In this document: piece by piece, positions 36,962 through 39,623 of the stretch | Position numbering within the stretch: the stretch's first letter is position 1 | Layout of the letters: every line of letters starts with the position of its first letter | Assembly (NCBI GenBank): GCA_903897475.1 | Contig: CAIUBS010000091.1 | Coordinates: forward strand, 1-39,623 | From: an uncultured Actinomycetes bacterium | GTDB taxonomy: Bacteria; Actinomycetota; Actinomycetes; Nanopelagicales; Nanopelagicaceae | Length of the DNA stretch: 39,623 bases | Direction: 5' to 3' | Made by a program: the position numbers and the translations under genes | Notes under the pieces: model-generated | Databases searched by the model: none | The model's input: only the letters and a program-made list of their open reading frames with translations | Told to the model about the DNA's origin: nothing

Positions 36962-37555
36962 ATGGTTAAGGACAAATTCGAGATATTTAAGAACTCAAGA
37001 TTAGTTTTAGGATTATCTGTTTTATTAATTGCTGTTTTCTCGGCAGGACTAATATCAAAGGAAGCCAATCGAACTGTTCAAGTGTGGGCAGCGCGCTCAA
37101 GCCTTTCACCTGGCAGTTTCATCTCAGAAAAAGATATTCAAAAGGTCTCAGTTTTATTACCTGATTCGTCAAAAAACTACATTTCAGTTAGAGCTCAGAT
37201 TGTGGGTGCAATTGTTTTGAATAAAATCAATGTTGGAGAGCTAATACCAGTTGCAGCTGTCTCTGCATCAGCAAACTCCATTAACCAAAGGCTAGTCCCA
37301 ATTTCTGTTGCAGTTACAGATATTCCATTGAGCCTAAATCGCGGAGACATTATTGATATTTACAGCATTCCTACTAGAGATTCAAAATTTTTTACTGAGC
37401 CACAGTTAATTAGTGAACAAATATCAGTCTCTGAAGTATTTAAAGAAACTAATTCGGGACTTGTTAGCATAACGGCAATATTTAGTAGCGATCAAGTCCT
37501 ACCACTGCTAGAGGCACTGTCTGATTCTAAAGTTGTAGTTGTTAGAAGTTTTTGA
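36962..37555 (+). CDS. SAF-domain (CpaB/RcpC-like) membrane-anchored protein
   Basis: N-terminal TM, VWAARSSLSPG..I...D, GELIP, L..GD.IDIY. Confidence 0.78.
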   Translation: MVKDKFEIFKNSRLVLGLSVLLIAVFSAGLISKEANRTVQVWAARSSLSPGSFISEKDIQKVSVLLPDSSKNYISVRAQIVGAIVLNKINVGELIPVAAVSASANSINQRLVPISVAVTDIPLSLNRGDIIDIYSIPTRDSKFFTEPQLISEQISVSEVFKETNSGLVSITAIFSSDQVLPLLEALSDSKVVVVRSF

Positions 37556-38475
37556 AATTGAAGATAGTTACTGCAATCTCTGATTCAGGTACAGAGCAAA
37601 AAATTTCTTCATTACTCTTTACACAAGGTTTTGATATTTTATATCGCGCTTTATCACCTAGTAATCTACTTAAATATATTATGAGTAATTCTGAAGCGAT
37701 GATAATTGTTCATTCAAATAATTTCTTAAGTAATTCGGATCTAGCTAATATAGTAAAACTCAATAATAAGAATCGATTTGTTGAAGTTAGCTTAGACTCC
37801 TTTTCAGCTCTAGAACTTCTTTCAGATCTTTCAAATTTGAGCCAAAACAACAAAACTTATAATGTTGAAAGACTCAAAAATGTTTGCGCAGTAATTGGAA
37901 CGCCAGGCTCACCAGGAGTCTCTACTTTGACCAATTTTTTAGCTTTATACCTGTCTGGAGCTGTAATCGCGGCAAGTCACCATAATTTGAGACCAAAAAG
38001 CAGCGCTAAAACCATAATTATCTCATTCGATGCTTTGAGAGAAAGTATTAAATCTTTAAACTCAAACAAGATATTTATTGACTCCGGCTCAACAATAAAT
38101 CTAACAAACACATTCTCTGATCGCAGAGTTAATTCGAGATGGTTAAAAGAGGTAGTAGGAACATGCAGTCAATTATTATATGTAGCAAAGTCAGATGATT
38201 TAGGAATTGAGTATTTAGCTAAATTTGTAAGTGATTTGGAGAATTTGATTGATCCTCCTGAAATTACATTTATATTAAACCAGCAAAAATTTGATCGATC
38301 TGGTCAAGAGTTGCAAACTAGATTTAGGAATCTGATAAATGGCTCAAAGTATTTTATTCTCCCGTTTACAAATCGATTGACCCAAGAAATTCCCCTAAAA
38401 GGCATAAAAACCTCTTACTGGCGTGCCAACAGCTATCAAAAACAAATAGCAAAAATTGGCGCACAGTGGTTATAA
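37552..38475 (+). CDS. Degenerate MinD/ParA/CpaE-like P-loop protein
   Basis: VCAVIGTPGSPGVSTL...LA (Walker A-like, no Lys), IFIDSG, ILNQ, LPF; TTGA overlap with the SAF gene. Confidence 0.65.
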   Translation: MKLKIVTAISDSGTEQKISSLLFTQGFDILYRALSPSNLLKYIMSNSEAMIIVHSNNFLSNSDLANIVKLNNKNRFVEVSLDSFSALELLSDLSNLSQNNKTYNVERLKNVCAVIGTPGSPGVSTLTNFLALYLSGAVIAASHHNLRPKSSAKTIIISFDALRESIKSLNSNKIFIDSGSTINLTNTFSDRRVNSRWLKEVVGTCSQLLYVAKSDDLGIEYLAKFVSDLENLIDPPEITFILNQQKFDRSGQELQTRFRNLINGSKYFILPFTNRLTQEIPLKGIKTSYWRANSYQKQIAKIGAQWL

Positions 38476-38496
38476 AAAAACCTCTACCATTGGCCC

Positions 38497-39623
38497 ATGG
38501 CAACCTTAAGTGAACTGATCTCTGCTAATTCATTACTAAGTGATCTAGAAGAAGAACATTTAGCTGAACTTGTAGCTGAGTGGAGATTGCTCGCTGATTT
38601 GTCTTTTGCGGACTTAGTGCTTTGGCTTCCTATTAGAAAAGATGAAAAATCATGGCCGCAAGGCTACGTGGCAATTGCTCAGATCCGACCTACTACCGCA
38701 GCAACAGTTTTTAGCGATGATTTAGTTGGCACAAAGATTAGTTGGGGCGAAAGGCCGCTAATTGATCGAGCATTGTCTGATGGTGAAGTGGTTAAAGATA
38801 CCCAACCAGAGCTTGTCGGCGAGATCATGATTAAGGAAGAAACAATTCCAGTAATTTATGAGAACAAAACACTTGCAATAATTGCTAGACATCGAAATGC
38901 AGATTTGATGAGGCTACCTTCAAAACTTGAACTTAATTATCGAGAAATTGCCCACAAAATTTTTCAAATGGTTTCAGAAGGAACTTATCCAATTAGAAAC
39001 AGCATCTATAGCTCTGAGTCCGCACCAAGAGTTGGTGATGGCTTAATTCGGTTAGATGTTAATGGGACTATATTTTTTGCAAGCCCTAACGCAAGATCTG
39101 CTATTAGCAGAGTTGGATATCAAGGAGAGTTAGAGCAAAAAAACCTCGGGGAAGTATTTTCAAGTCTTGATCAAGGTGAGAGTCAGCCAATTGATGAATC
39201 ATGGAAGACTTTATTAAGTGGAAAGAGCCTTAGAAGGACAGAATATGAAAGCACTAAAGGTGTAATCGACTTACTTGTAATTCCACTAACGCAAGGAAAA
39301 GATCGTATTGGAGCAATAGTTCTAATCCACAATATTACAGAGTTACGAAATAGAGATAAAGCACTAATAACTAAAGATGCAACAATTAAAGAGATTCATC
39401 ACAGAGTTAAGAATAATTTACAGACTGTCTCAGCATTACTGCGATTACAATCTAGGAGAGTTGAAGATCCTGCTGCGAGTTCTGCCTTAGCTGAAGCGGT
39501 AAGAAGAGTTGCATCAATTGCTCTAGTGCACGAAACGTTATCAAATCAATCAGCTGAAACAGTTGAGTTTGATCAAGTATTTGATCAAATAATAAAGAAT
39601 GCAATTGAGTTAAACCCAAGAAA
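38497..39623 (+). CDS. pdtaS: PdtaS-type cytoplasmic sensor histidine kinase (GAF/PAS + HisKA_2), truncated by window end
   Basis: Not in ORF track. Manual translation gives MATLSELI...EWRLLADLSFADLVLW...AQIRPTTAAT...APRVGDGLIRLD...ASPNA...KDATIKEIHHRVKNNLQTVSALLRLQSRR. Confidence 0.92.
   Translation, partial: MATLSELISANSLLSDLEEEHLAELVAEWRLLADLSFADLVLWLPIRKDEKSWPQGYVAIAQIRPTTAATVFSDDLVGTKISWGERPLIDRALSDGEVVKDTQPELVGEIMIKEETIPVIYENKTLAIIARHRNADLMRLPSKLELNYREIAHKIFQMVSEGTYPIRNSIYSSESAPRVGDGLIRLDVNGTIFFASPNARSAISRVGYQGELEQKNLGEVFSSLDQGESQPIDESWKTLLSGKSLRRTEYESTKGVIDLLVIPLTQGKDRIGAIVLIHNITELRNRDKALITKDATIKEIHHRVKNNLQTVSALLRLQSRRVEDPAASSALAEAVRRVASIALVHETLSNQSAETVEFDQVFDQIIKNAIELNPR

Noticed and set aside
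1-39623. CRISPR arrays, tRNA/rRNA, IS elements, prophage or defence systems
   Set aside because: No spaced direct repeats, cloverleaf-like segments, transposase/integrase or nuclease motifs seen, and intergenic gaps are mostly too short to hold them

Overview
Gene-dense, low-GC (about 35-40% by spot counts) core-chromosome segment with actinobacterial gene content: WhiB, MtrAB, MshB, PdtaS, DUF3117/DUF3107/DUF3499/DUF5719 and an actinobacterial DapD. This fits a streamlined freshwater actinobacterium such as acI/Ca. Nanopelagicales (inference). I count about 44 CDS: nucleotide salvage (punA, maf), cell-envelope glycan genes (ugd, LCP, two GT2s, manC, pmm), DAP/lysine genes (dapD, dapC), a pepA-methyltransferase-htrA-tatB-mrp run, mshB/cysS/fdxA, whiB, ahcY-mtrAB-comF-secA and a truncated pdtaS. 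I saw no rRNA, tRNA, CRISPR, IS or prophage, and no clear new multi-gene system. The most interesting signals are products of reductive evolution: (i) a strict leaderless signature (TANNNT, 5-6 nt, start codon) at 15 genes; (ii) a catalytically gutted but intact PurK homolog with no purE; (iii) a stand-alone sigma-70 region 4 mini-protein in a neighbourhood lacking sigE/rseA; (iv) a stand-alone SH3-like mini-protein coupled to an atypical CysRS; (v) a dapC whose conserved N-terminus needs a CTG start or readthrough from fdxA; (vi) a short, archaeal/cyanobacterial-type AhcY at the usual actinobacterial sahH position. Family and synteny assignments come from motif recognition and recall, not database searches.
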